The position numbers and the translations under genes were made by a program. A stretch of DNA of 64,000 nucleotides from Eledone cirrhosa. Taxonomy: Eukaryota. The notes beneath the pieces are model-generated. The model saw only the letters and a list, made by a program, of their open reading frames with translations. It did no database searches and was not told where the DNA came from. Shown piece after piece: positions 37,138 to 50,578 of this stretch (position 1 is its first letter; each line of letters opens with the position of its first letter). The stretch covers positions 31,744,001-31,808,000 of the forward strand of contig OZ024747.1 in the NCBI GenBank assembly GCA_964016885.1. Direction: 5' to 3'.

Positions 37138-38677
37138 ATCATCATCAACATCACCGTTTTACGTCCGTTCTTCCATGCTAGCATGGATTAGACGGGTTGT
37201 CCTGTTGTAGGCAGTGTCTGGTCGGCTGACCATGCCTTGCTCATACAGGAACTGATTTTGGCTTGATTTCTTTTTTGCTGTTTCTGCCCTTCCTAGAGTG
37301 TGGGCTGGGTGCTTTTTTGCCATGGCACCTCCAGGACCACTTTGCAGTGGGAGGGTGTGGCGGCATATTGTCTATATGCTTCAGCTTCGGCTTGTACCCA
37401 TGGGAGGTAGGGTACTCTGTACTACTGCGTGACGCCAGAAGTCACGGTCGTGTGTCATCACCTTTGAGAGGTGTAATTGGGTAAGGTCGGCTTTTATCAC
37501 TTCATCCCAGGTTTCCTGGGTCTCCCCACTCTGCGGTTTCCATTGACTTCTAGTGCTCTGCACTTTTTTATGCAGCTGTCATCCTTCATACGCATCACAT
37601 GTCCATCCCAACACAACCTCCTCTTCTGCACACGGCATTTGATTCCTCTTATGCTCAGTCTCTCTCTCAATTCATTTATGCTTTGTCGTTCGCGTATATT
37701 ACTAATTAGACACCCATCGGAGCATGCAGGTTTCGTTTCTTTCTAATCTACGTAAGTCTTCCACCTTCAGCGCCCAGGTCTCACTACCATGTAACATTGC
37801 TGTTTGCATACACACATCATACAGTCTGCTTTTCATTTTGAGGGAAAAGCCTTTTGCAGCTAGCAGTGGCAGTAGTTCCCTGAACTTCTTCCATCCCGTT
37901 CTTACCCTAGTTATTGTACTTTCTGAACACCCACCTCCGCTGCTACATTCTTAATTAATCTTCCTGAGATCCCGCTACATCTCTTGTGTACCCATTGTTC
38001 GCATTTGGGGAAGAGAATGGAGTTCCTACCTACACCTTTCCTACATACTGAGCAAGGCCATTTCCCTGAGGGGATCTGGGTTCTGTTTTCTCGTCTACTT
38101 ACAAGGACCTTATCTTTGTCAGGTTGACTTTGAGACCCTTTCTTTCTAGTCCCTGCTTCCAAGGAGTTCCCATCCGGTCTTAAACTCCTCCGTTATTGCC
38201 TGCAGGACTATGATGAACAGGAGAGGGCTAAGAACAGAGCGCTGGTGGACACCGACCTGTGCGCTAAATTCCTCGCTATACTCATTGCTAATCCTAACTT
38301 TGCTGACTGCTCCCCTATACATGGCTTGTACAGCTTTCACAAGCCATTCATCTACTCCTAGTTTTCTAAGAGCCCACCAGATTATAGCACGTGGAACTCT
38401 GCCAAAGGCTTTCTCCAGATCGACGAATGCCAGGTAGAGTGGTTTACATTTAGCTAGGTACTTTTCCTGTAACTGCCTCACAAGGAAGAGGGCATCAGTG
38501 GTGCCTCTTCCTGGTACAAACCCAAATTGTATCTCATCTAGTTTCACCCGGTCCCTAATAAACTGTGCTATAACTCTTTCTGTTACTTTCATGACCTGGT
38601 CCATAAGCTCTATAGTTTCCTCTATCTAGTGCATCACCTTTACCTTTGTAGCAGTTGACAATGATGCTACTGCACCA

Positions 38678-38682
<5 letters not shown>
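37138..38682 (-). mobile_element. RTE-clade LINE, 5'-truncated, frameshifted, with internal deletions
   Basis: ORFs 38146..38604 (QFGF, FVDLEKAF, GVHQ.SVLSPLLF), 37911..38162 (WPCSVC...WVHKRCSG) and the 3' tail at 37138. Confidence 0.9.
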
Positions 38683-38709
<27 letters not shown>

Positions 38710-38951
38710 GGAACAAGTAAGACCCCGACGGCTGAGCTCAAGCCGTTTCAACGGCTAATTCTGTACTCTCGATATACATATATATATATACCTCGATATA
38801 TATATATATATATCGATATATATATATATATATACCTATATATATATATATATAGATATGTGTGTGTGTGTGTGTCTGTATCCGGGGTTCAATTGAGGGT
38901 AACAACAGTAAGTAAGGTACTCAATACATAGTAGAATATATACAAAAGCCC

Positions 38952-38998
38952 TTTCCTGATGATTTCTTTCGAATGAAACAGTCCTAGTCCTGTAGAAG
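38952..38998 (+). ncRNA. Type I hammerhead ribozyme, second family
   Basis: tttc-CTGATGA-t-ttc-tttc-gaa-t-GAAA-cag-tcctagtc-ctg-TA-gaag. Confidence 0.7.
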
Positions 38999-39078
38999 CC
39001 ATTTCTATATTTATATATATATATATTTTTGCGAGTGTAAACTCAGCCGAAGAAGAAGATATATATATATATATATGA

Positions 39079-39123
<45 letters not shown>

Positions 39124-39399
39124 AATAATTACAACAGTGACATAAACAAGTACTCAAGTTTCGTTGGTTTTTGGGCCCCAATTCATTCAGCCTATCATGA
39201 GAAAAATAAAAACAAAGATGGTCGCCTATGGTTGATTGTGCTTTCGCTATAGGAATATAACAAAAGAGTTTACACAAGGGCTGGTAATTTAGAAAAATGT
39301 ATAGAAAAAGGGGTTATTTTTAAAAAATAGGCTAAGATAGAAGGGAGGTAATTCTTGAGAGACCACAGTCAATTTTGAATGAAAATAGCAGCACAATAA

Positions 39400-41245
39400 T
39401 TTCTTCTAGTTGACTCCAAAGATCCAATTTCACTGAATTACAATATAGTCAGTAAATCAAAAGATATTTCTGGACCTGTTAGTCAGGCCTAACCCATTTA
39501 TCCAAAATATATTCTTCACATGAGGACAACCACCAAAACAATCCAGCCGTGTGTTGAGGCAGTGCTTATCCAAAGCTAATTGTGAGAGTATCCCCCATTT
39601 TTCATAATTACAAAGCTGACAAAATTTTGACCCATTTACGTAGGCGGTAGATCTTTCCAAAATACGACATTTGATGGAAAAGGGCGTGCCATTGTTCTTA
39701 AGACACCATACATGGTTTGTGAGCTGGGTGGTATGTTTTTTTATCAGGATATCTGAATGTTGTTTCATGATTCAAGAACGGGTTTTTAAACTGGCTCTTG
39801 GACATACCAACATAGGTCCAGGCTTCAGTTTGGTGGTTCTGGTTGGTGGAGGTAACCTCTGCTTGGTATATCACAGCCGGAGCGTTGTACTGTACGGTGG
39901 AGGGCTTTTGTGTTTGCCAGTGATATACATTTTTACATTGTTGATGCAAGAGTATCCTATTTTTACTGTATGGTGATTAAATATCTTTCAGTATTTATGG
40001 TAAGAATGTTTTGCCTACATTTATTTCACATTAAGTGAGAATGGTGGTGCAAACCATGTGACATCTTTATGTCTAGGTTTTTTTCTTATTAGATGTAGGG
40101 TGGTGATCTGGAGAGTATGTGATATTTTCAGATAAGCCATTGTTCTTCAGCACTAAATTATAGAAGGGTGCTGCCCTATCAAAGATGGCTTTGCTGGAAG
40201 AGAGGTTGGAAACCCTCTTGCTAATGCTGTTAATGAGGTTTTTAAAAACTATAGGTGGGTAGCTAGAGTCCTTATGGATGTACCAAAATTTCTCATGTGT
40301 GTGTCTGTAGGTCTAAATTAACATGTAGAAAGTTGACATTAGTGAGATTAGTGGCTATTTTAATTTTTAAACCTAAGCTGTTAAGTTGGTGATTAAGTTT
40401 TCCCTAATGGTGTCCAGGTCATGGCCGCTTTTGTGGCTGGATAAAGCCAGACCGTCATCGCGATATACGCCCATATGGAAATCAGGAAATTTGTTCTGTA
40501 TGCTGTCTAGAATAAATAGTTCCACCAAATCACATATATCTGCACTGTCCAATGATCCCATTGGTACATTGAATAGGCCATTGGTGGTTGATTTTTTTTA
40601 TCCAAGGGTCGCCGTTGCTAAAGAGGATGGTTTCCCTGCAGTGGATATGACTAAATGGTCCGAATCATCTACGTTAGTAAATTTAGTAGCGAAATCAAGG
40701 GACTTATCAAGTAAGGTCCTGGATATCGAGGGATATTGTGTAAATCTTAAATCTAGATTTCTTAGTGTGTCTGAGAACATTAAACCAATCTATAACTGTT
40801 TGAGTATTATTCCACTGGTTACGGTTGGACTGTTTCCTAATGGCTATATTAATTTTCCTGAGTATGTCCTTACTAACAAGACCTAGCTCTGTTTTAGCAG
40901 GGTTTATAAGTCTACAGATTGGTTTGTTAGCAAAGTCATCCTTATGATCCTTGAGGGTGATATAGGCCTCTGTCCTAGCCAGGCATTCCAATTTCTTCCC
41001 TTCTCCAATGGTGGCAGCTCCATCCTTAGCGTCAGTATTAATGGCATAATAGGTGGCAGGGTCAGCATTTTTGTATTTAGCCTGTATGGTTTTGCTAAGG
41101 AGTTGGTTATAAGTAGGCTGATCTAATTCATATAGGTTGTTGGTTTTATTAGATAGGATGAATGTTCTATTAGAGCATCTGAAGTTTTTAATGTCTCTCG
41201 TCCTATGGACTAAGTACCCTTACTCTTGGTTATTTCCACTTAACT
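39400..41245 (-). mobile_element. Near-full-length, degenerate Penelope-like element (Neptune-type RT plus GIY-YIG)
   Basis: Fragments AYITLKDHKDDFANKPICRLINPAKTELG...NQWNNTQTVIDWF; YPSISRTLL; MGSLDSADICDLV...GVYRDDGL; AVIYQAEV...YVGMS; CQLCNYEK...CLNTRLDCFGGCPH. Confidence 0.9.
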
Positions 41246-42545
41246 TTTACTTCAGTATATATATATATGCGTGTGTGTGTATGTGTTTATGTCCCGATGG
41301 TGCTGGTAAAAAAAAAGAGATCAATGAAGTACCAAGCCTTAAAGGTCAAATACTGGAGTGAATATGATCGAATGAATATATCTTTAAAGTAGTGCACCAG
41401 CATGGCCAAAGTCAAATAACTGAAACTAGCAAAAAGATAAAGAAAAAAAATATATATAGACATACACACACACATATACACATACATTTATGCATACAAA
41501 CAGACACATACACACAAATGTACATACACCTACACGCATAAAAATATGCATACACACAGATATTGGGATTTATTAACAGCTGTTATATATGGTGGGAAAA
41601 ATCGATATTGAACAAAGGGGAGGAATGAAATATAAATGTAGAAATTGAAAGAAATGAAATACTAAACAGGGATTGGGTTTTGGTTTTATTTTACAATGAG
41701 TCAAAACTGCTTGTGAGAGGGGAAAGGGAGGAGAGAGAGAGAACAAGTGAGAGAGAGACAGATAGTTAAAATGATAGACGGATGATAGATAAATGGATGG
41801 TTAAACTAGACAGTCAAAAGGAAAGAAATATAGGTGTGTGAGTGTATATATATATGTATAAATATATATATATGTGTGTGTGTATGTGAGTGTATGTATA
41901 TGTATAAATATATATACATGTGTGTGTGTGTAAATATATATGTATATATATACATAAAACAAAGACAGTGTGGTAAGAAACCAGGTGGACGCACCAGAGT
42001 ACTCGATACTTAGGGTAGTCGAGTGGGTAAAAGGAAAAGAGTCAGGACCCTGACGGCTGAGCTCCAGCCGTTTTGACAGCTAGATCCCTTCGGATCCTGA
42101 CTCTTTTCCTATATAATATATACATATATATACACATCATTGATATACTCCTCAAATGTGTGGACTCAATCTTAACATTTATATTTATGAATGAAAAAGA
42201 GTGTTGCTATGTGGGTGAAAAATATTCCGTTAGCTTCAATGGCAACACTTGATAAAAAGATAGTATCAGAAGATGCTGATCTCCAGTTGACAACTGATGT
42301 AAGGAATATCCTGCAGTTCAAATTGTGTGCATATATATGTAACATACACTCCCATAGACACACATACACATAGACACACACACACATATATACATACACA
42401 TACATGGTAAAAGTATCTGCAGGAGAGCATGTATGCTAGTTATTATGTGTGTAATAGTGGACATTGTCCATGCATGTATCTATGCATATATTCAATGTAT
42501 TTGTGATATGTATACTGTGTGTGTTTGTGTGTGTATTTAAATATT

Positions 42546-42576
<31 letters not shown>

Positions 42577-42938
42577 ATATGTGTGTGTGTAGATATAAAT
42601 TTATTGGGATGTTACTATTTCTTTTTTTCTTTCTCAGTGATGCTAATCACTCAACTGAGAAACAGAAGCAATAACTCTGTTAAAGTCAAATGACTGATAT
42701 AAACAGTGTATTGATATCTTATGTGTAGATACACAAATAACAACTTACAATCCTTACCATAGAGACAGAAGTTAGTTTTCTGCCAAGGCTCTATCAGTTT
42801 AACCTTTTTGATATCAAACTGCCTAAGACTGCACGGGAGAAGAAAAATAATTTTACTCAATATTTATGAAAAATACCTTGGTTTAATGGATTTCAAAATG
42901 TATTTTTTACCTTGCCCAATAAGTCTTCATAAATATTC

Positions 42939-42975
42939 ACTTACCTGTAAAATAGAATAAAAAGTGGTTAGAAGA
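42939..42975 (-). promoter_or_regulatory. Juxtaposed 3'/5' splice site (recursive-splicing-like ratchet point)
   Basis: Minus strand: ttctaac (branch-like)-cactttttattctattttaCAG|GTAAGT; junction 42945/42944; non-repetitive context. Confidence 0.5.
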
Positions 42976-43309
42976 AAATAAAAGTGTTAATAACAAACTA
43001 GTAGAAATTGAATACATTTTATAAAAGTAAATATTATATAAACTAAGAAGACATGACATAATATCAAATCCATTAAATTGTTAAACCATTGTACAGTAAA
43101 CCCTTGATTTAGCCCTTTTGATACCAAACTATCTCAACTGTCTCTGGTTCTATGGTACAAAGCTGTTTGTTTTATGGTGTTTATATTTATATAAAACACT
43201 TCAAGCATAAGATAATATGATGTAGCAGATTAAGACAAGAAAGAAGGCGAGGCTCTAATGAGATGAAATAACTTTGAATAACTAGTAGTAAAGATAAAGT
43301 GAAAATCAT

Positions 43310-43600
43310 ATGGATATGTGTTTCTTTTGATTGGGAATACTATCAACATTACCAACCCTGAATATAACAATATCGGCTTCAACACACAATTTTACATCAA
43401 GAATCTTACAAAACAAATACATAAATGTAAAAACATAAGTCCCAGCCAGACTAGCAAAATGCTGAAAATCACCATATTTGGTTGTATAAGAAAATCAATA
43501 ACAGCCCAATGTTTACACTAACAGGAATTCAAACATAATTTCATGAAAGAACCATCGTTATGTTCCAAATGCCAGTTTAATAATGAAAAGGTTAGTTATA
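43310..43600 (+). mobile_element. Degenerate 5' ORF fragment of the repeat family at 7170-7405 (probable PLE N-terminus)
   Basis: [21 protein letters not shown] matches [21 protein letters not shown] at 7340-7405. Confidence 0.6.
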
Positions 43601-44582
43601 TCACTCAATACCTTAAAATTGTTGATTATTTCCAAAATGATTTGGAAATTATAAGTAGTGTCTTTCATTAGAAATATTGAAGCAAAAGAGTTAATGCTAA
43701 AGGTTGATGCTGAAAGACCATTAAATTAAAGGTAGCAATTTTAGATTTTTAAAAAAGCTTTAACACAATATACAAAAGTATATAGTATAGAAATATTCGA
43801 CTAAGATCTGCTGCCTGCCAAGCTGAATAGGGCAAACTGTCCAAGAATCAGCTGTGCACTGGTAGGTTTGTGGAAACTTCCAGTGTTCTTGGCCCATGGA
43901 CCACATCTCCACTCCCTGCTATTCGTGTGGAGTTAGCTGCCCACAGGTGCAAGCCCTGCGAAGTGTAATAGCTATTCCAGGTTGTCATTCTTGCCATCCT
44001 CCAGGGCAAGGCATTCTTTATCCTTTTGCCTGGGATCCAGAAGCTGAGGATACTCATTTCGACATCACACATTTACATATACTTTATAATTGTGATTTCA
44101 TATCTGGCAAGCTAGTCAGAAACATGAAGTTTTCAAAACTGTCTTAAAAAGAGGAAAATTAGATTGGATAACATAGCAATCTGAACTTCTCTTTTGACAG
44201 TGAAGTTAAAGGCCATTTTACCATTATCATAGTGCTAGTACAGTATTGTATTATTTGGTCTATTAAATCCCAAATTCGCTGAATCAGTGTCCATTTACCT
44301 GGGTGTTTGCTATATCTATTTTTATTCCTCTTTCTAAAACCAAAGGAATAACTGCAAACCTATATGAGTAACAAATGTTATCAAAGTGTTGTATAGAACT
44401 AATATTTGTGTCTTCTGTTTGTTGAATTATTTATGTGTTACAGTGTGTATTTTGCTTCTATTTAATGCTCTAAGGCAAGCCATCTACAACGTTATTAAAT
44501 CATGACTTTTTTATTTAGTAGAAATGTGTTGTGAGAACCTGTTGGTAAAATAAATTGGTTGTGTCATTATTTTAAAATGACA

Positions 44583-45268
44583 GAGAGCAGTGGATTGGTA
44601 GAATCTTTAGAGCATTTGTTCAGGCTCTTTACATTCTGAGTTCAAATCCCATTGAGGTTAGCTTTGCCTATCATCCCTACGGAGTCGTTAAAATAAAGTA
44701 CCAGTTACGTACTGGTGTTGATTTAATTCATTTTCCAATCCCCCCAAATTGTTGACCTTGTGCCTAAATCAGAACCATTATTTTAATATGACAAGTACCA
44801 GTAATGCACTGGGTTTTTGCTGGCCTTGTGCCTAAAGTATAAACAATTATTTTAATATGACAAGGAGTGGATTGGCAGTATCGGTAGAGAGTCGGACACC
44901 ATGCTTTGACGCATAGAGTTACGGCCCTTGCCATTCTGAGTTCAAATCCCGCCGAGGTTAACTTTGCCTTTCATCCTTACGGGGTCGATAAAATAAAGTA
45001 CCAGTAATACACTGGGTTATTGCTGGCCTTGTGCCAAAAGTAGAAACAATTATTTTAATATGACAGAGGCGATGAATTGGCAATATCGGTAGAGGGTTGG
45101 ACGCCATGCTTTCCAGCATAGTTACGTCCCTTTACGGTCTGAGTTCAAATCCTGCCAAGGTTAACTTTGCCTTTCATCCTCATGGGGTCGATAAAATAAA
45201 GTACCAGTAATGTACTGCGTATTTGCTGGCCTTGTGCCAAAAGTAGAAACAATTATTTTAATATGACA
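44583..45268 (+). mobile_element. Head-to-tail cluster of main-family SINEs (three full copies plus one tail)
   Basis: Copies at about 44585, 44793 (tail only), 44864 and 45066, each ending in attattttaatatgaca. Confidence 0.85.
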
Positions 45269-45974
45269 GAATTTTTCTGCATGGTTATTATTAAATTTTT
45301 AATTTGTGCATTTGGCTTTAAATGTACAATCACAGAGGTTTATTTTTCGCAGCAAAATTTGCAATAACCAGTAAATAATGACCCTAAGGCTAGAATATAA
45401 AATAAAATAAAAATTCTCAAATTTATTTGTGACCCTCAGTTTGGGGAAGTTTATAGATTTGGTAGATGCCAGCTTAAGTATGCTACAGTGAAAACAGATT
45501 TCTAAGTGATCTAAGTAGTGTTGGAGTATTTACGCATCAGTGTCTAGAGAATGGTGAAAAAATTTGAGTTTGTGTCATCTGTGTATGCTTTATATAAGCA
45601 GAGATTTGTTGGGGGACAGAGGGGGCCTCTGGGCAATCCTTGTCAAACAGTGACCCCTCTAGGAACAGCCATGTCCCCCACCACCTAACCTGCACTGCCC
45701 TGGGCCCTGAAAGCTGAACTGGCCCAAGGTGTAGGTTTTAATGTGTGGGAAAAAAGATGGAACACTTTTGACCCTCAATTTGAGAAATTGCAGATCAGCT
45801 TAGTGTTGTAGAATGTAAGCCAGTATGTTGTGTTGGTTTTTAAACTCTATTGATATCAATGGTAGTTAAAATGTTATGTGCAAGAGATCTTTTGCTGTTG
45901 AAACCATTTGAGTGTAAAGATCTAAAATTGTGTGATTTAGTGAAGGCAATGCCTGAGTTAATGATGTAAAGCAT

Positions 45975-46495
45975 TCATCATCATCATCATCATCAACATC
46001 ATTTTACATCCGCTTTTCCCTGCTTGGAAGGGTTGGATGGGTCCTATTCAGCACAGCATCTCTCCACTTGTCACGGTCCATCGTCATCTCCTCCATGAGA
46101 TTTAGCAATCTGAGGTCTGCGCTCACCACACCCGCCCATGTTTTCCGTGGTCTTCCTCTACTGCGTCTTCCTTCTACTGGGATTTCTGGGCACTTCTTTA
46201 CCCAGCGATCATCCTCCATGCGCATCACATGTCTATACCATCTCAGCCTTCTCTCCTGTACACCACAACTTATCCCTCTTATACCCAGTTTCTTTCTCAA
46301 CTCGTCTATGCTTGGTCGTTCGCATATCGAACATGGCCATTTCCCTGACGGAATCAGGGTTTTGTCCTCTTTTCTACTCATCAACACTTTTGTCTTAGCT
46401 AGATTCACTCTCAGTCCTCTTGCTTCCAACTGCTGTTTCCATAGCCAGAATTTATTCTCTAGCTCCTCTACTGATTATGCTATAAGAACCAGATT
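45975..46495 (-). mobile_element. RTE fragment with a large internal deletion
   Basis: ORF 46004..46429 joins ...SGKWPCSIC directly to ERPSIDELRKKLGIRGISCGVQERRLRWY; (CAT)n tail. Confidence 0.9.
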
Positions 46496-49195
46496 GTTCG
46501 ATAATATATTCACAAGGGAGCGGTTATTGTACAGCGTCGGGCATGTATACCAAACGTGGTGGAGGTGGGGTGGGTGGGTGTGAAGTGAGAAGGAAATATG
46601 GCTATACGCACAAATTTAAATATTAACATTCACATCACATATACATACACATATATACATACATATATATATATACATATATATATACATCTATAATAAT
46701 TGTTTAAAGACATGCATAAGAGAGTTCTGAGACTGAAAAACATTCATTTAGGTTTGTGTTGGGCTTGGAATTGTTATAATTTTTCCCATCTTCTAAATGT
46801 ATCTGTTAGTGTGTGCAGGGACTGAAACATGCCATGGGTGCTTTTGGTGAATATTTCAAATTTTGTGTAGCCTCAAGGCTTTTGATGTTTTTAAATTTTC
46901 CTATTGATGTTCTTTGTGTCTGATGAAATGAAGGATTTAAAATCATGATCTGATTAAGGAGAGGGGAGTGCATATTCTTAATTTTTGATTCCTGCCTTCA
47001 TTGTATGAACTTTGATGTTAACACAATGAAGTAAAGAAAATATAAAGCATTATAAGAGACAATAATTTAGCTGATTACCACAAAGATAGTGTCTGCATTT
47101 AAATATTTTTTTAAAATTAATTTTATACAATCTAACTAACCACAATTCCAGTTATGTTAAATGCTATGATTCTATCCATTTAAGAATCTCTCTGTGATAT
47201 ATATATAAATGTAAAAGGTTAACAGAAATAACCAAGTAAATGACACAGTACAATGAAGAAATATGTTAGTTTAACACTTGATATAGTAGGGAAAAAGTAT
47301 TTACGTTTCAGACACTAGTCCTTCATCAGAAGAGCGATTGAAAAATAAAAGATGAAATAGAAAGAAAGATAGTGAGAAGAGGGAGGAGCAGAAAAGAAAA
47401 GAATTGAGAAAAACACACGTGTATTCAATTAGTCATGTTGGATATGCGTATATGGATTTGCATGTGTTTGTGTGTGTGTGTGTGAGTAATTTTCTTAAAG
47501 TTTGTATCACAATCACCCTTATGTCTGACTATGCGGCTTCAGCATATATATTTTCCACAATTACATTACATGCATTATGTGAGGGTATTTTTCTTAATGG
47601 CAAGATGCTGTTATAATATAGTTGAAATAAGAAATAAAATTAAGTGTGTGCAATATATATATATTTATATATACACACACATATATATACACATATACAT
47701 GTACGTATATATACACACATATACATATATATATAGATGTATATATTCATATATATATAGAGATGTATATAGTCATGTGTGTGTGTGTGTGTGTGTGTGT
47801 GTAACCCACAAAACAGAAATCTATAAAAACACTTTACCATTAAAACTGGTTATTTCAATAAAAGTACATATTAGAATATTTTCCAAGTGCAGCTCATTAA
47901 AAGAACCAGAGCCCTCTGCTAGTGCTTTAGTTTGTTAGGAATGTGTAATGTTTATAGAAATCATTACCACTCATGACTCATATATATATAGATTAGTAAT
48001 GGGATGGTAGGATTCAAGAATTGGTAAAATTAGAGGCCTAGCTTTCAGACAGTTTGTGTAACTCCTGGTTACAAGCGTTGTATTTGAACACAGTACACTT
48101 ACACACGTACATATATACATACATATATGTATATACACACACTTACATCCATCCACACATACATTCACACAAACATACATACACATATATTGCACACTCA
48201 TATGGACACAATGAGGTTTGTATATAAATATCCTTGAAATCTCGCATGCTAATATCTTTGTTTAAAAAAAGGAAAAACATATTTGATAATGTAGACATAA
48301 ATGTACTATGCTTGAGTAAAGAAAGCAAACAAAACTAGATGATCACAGTTGGAAGGGGTTTAAACAGAATTTGCTTGATCAGAGTTTGACTGAGGGCTAA
48401 ATATAACAACAACAAGTATTTCCCAGTGGAAATACAGAAACAAATGTTAATAGGAAATACAGTGTGATAGAAAATTAAATTATTGCATCACATAATTTAA
48501 TTAGAATAGAACAACTTGTTTAATTGTGAAAAAGTTCATGAAGTGAAATAAACTAAGCTTCCCCAAGGAAGAAGATAAGACATCTAATTTTTTGTATTTA
48601 TTATTTACTGTCCTTGGCAATTATTAGCTCATTCCCACTCCAGTCCATCCCCAGTTTCTAATGTGTCACATTCTGTAAACATTAAGTCTATAGATCTCCT
48701 CATGAGTCAGACAGTAAGAGAATTCCATAAATACACTGAAACAATATGGTTGAAGATGACCTTTTGGTGACCCAATACTGGAATTGGTTTGCTCAGCCTG
48801 CTAGAAATAATCGCCATATCTTCCTCATATATATATATTAAACCCTTACTGTCTTCAAAAAATGAAGGTTACATTGACAGTATGATAATCTTTGATGTAC
48901 TAAAAAGAAAAAAATGGTAACTGCTTGAATGTCTTTGATCATAGCGCTGGATGGAGTTAAATATAACAACAGACCTAACAATAGGTTTTTCTCTCTGTAC
49001 AAAGGGCACATATGGAGGTGCGAGGCCTAGTGGTAAGGGCTCTTACCACCTTCGTTTTCCTAGACCTTCTTCTATGCAGCTAAAAAAAAACCCTGTGTAC
49101 AGGAGAGCCAGCTATGTTAGTATGGGTGTATGATAATACCTTCATGATAGAAAGGAAGATGGGAAAAGACCTGGGAATATATGCGAGGTTTGGAT

Positions 49196-49613
49196 TGTAG
49201 TGACCTACATTCCGCGGGCTCACATACATTCTCTGTGCGTGATTTGGCTCAGCTCAGCCAATCAGCGTCAGTAGAAGAGGATGTATCCCTACGCGTTCTG
49301 AGGGAGAAATAGCCTGCAAAGATTTGAGGACGCTATGACACTTCCAGGCTCGACCGTGCTAAGGTAAACAACCATTTTTCTTGCGCCGTGAAACCACTAG
49401 CCAATATGTAACACAACAATTTAACCACGGCCTGGCAACGCTTCTCTCAGCCTGTAGCCCGTGTCTTTCTGGAATCTTAATTCGTTTGTTTAATTTCTCT
49501 TGGCATGCCAGCTCAATCTCTGTTAATAAATAATGTAAAACCAAGCTAAAAGTCGTTGTCGATATTCCTATTATATCTTTCTACCAAACCTGGTTCCTCG
49601 TGGCAACATTACA
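49196..49613 (+). mobile_element. Probable solo LTR
   Basis: TGTAGTG...CATTACA termini, CpG-richer than the surroundings, CCAAT (agccaatcag) and AATAAA near the 3' end. No TSD found. Confidence 0.45.
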
Positions 49614-49769
49614 ACTTCTGAAATATACTTCTCCACTAAATTGGAATTTACATCTTCAACCCAATTGGTGACTTATACACAACAAAGAGAAACACATAAC
49701 TTTCCTTTAGGATTATCAAAATGGTATGGCATGATGGATAAAATGAAACGGTAATGGGGTGGGGGCATG

Positions 49770-50162
49770 TCATACAATATTATTGGTGGCAGTGGTGTTT
49801 GTATAGGTGGTGGAAGTGTTGGTGTTGGCAGTGGAGGTGGGAGTGGTACTAGTAATGATGATGGTGGCATGAGTTTTGATGCTGGTGATACTGCTTCTGA
49901 TTATGATGATAGTGGTTGTGATATTAATGGTGATGAACTTGATAAGGAGATGATGATGATGATGTTAATGATGATATTGATAATGAGGCAATAATGATGT
50001 GGATATTGATAATGAACATGATGTATCTGATGATGATGATACTTATAATTTAATGAGGATGTTGATGTAGATGATAATGACAATGTTGATCATGATGTTG
50101 ATGTAGATGATCAGGATGAGGAGATTAGGATGTTGATGATGATGATGATCATGATGATTGAT
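49770..50162. repeat. (GGT/GAT)n low-complexity tract
   Basis: Runs of ggt/gat trinucleotides. Confidence 0.9.
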
Positions 50163-50330
50163 ACATAATTTGTTTCCCAATAGCCATTATTCAGTATTTA
50201 TCTATTATACATACTGAATAAGGGTTACAAGATATACATTGCAAATATTGGAGATCTAAAAACTACCATTTGAATATTTAAAAATTCTCTGATGTAATAA
50301 AATCCCAGTGATAAGAAACTACCACCTTAC

Positions 50331-50372
<42 letters not shown>

Positions 50373-50532
50373 ATCATTTAACGTCTGCTTTCCCTGCTAG
50401 CAAGGGTTGGATGGGTGTACATAAACCAAGACAATACTAAAGTGGGGCTTCTGACGTCCCAGACAGGCCAAGGAGGTCTGTATCCTGCTTACACATGGTC
50501 ATTATCGAATGCAGAGAAGTAGTCATGTCTCT

Positions 50533-50576
<44 letters not shown>

Positions 50577-50578
<2 letters not shown>

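Noticed and set aside
42191-42373. 60-aa ORF with a donor-like GTAAGG as a host exon
   Set aside because: No upstream acceptor and no recognisable homology; cannot be supported without RNA data.
43800-44150. GC-richer unique stretch with short ORFs on both strands
   Set aside because: No motif recognised; may be an old transposon remnant.
49767-50083. Gly/Asp/Met-rich and His-rich ORFs
   Set aside because: GGT/GAT trinucleotide tract.
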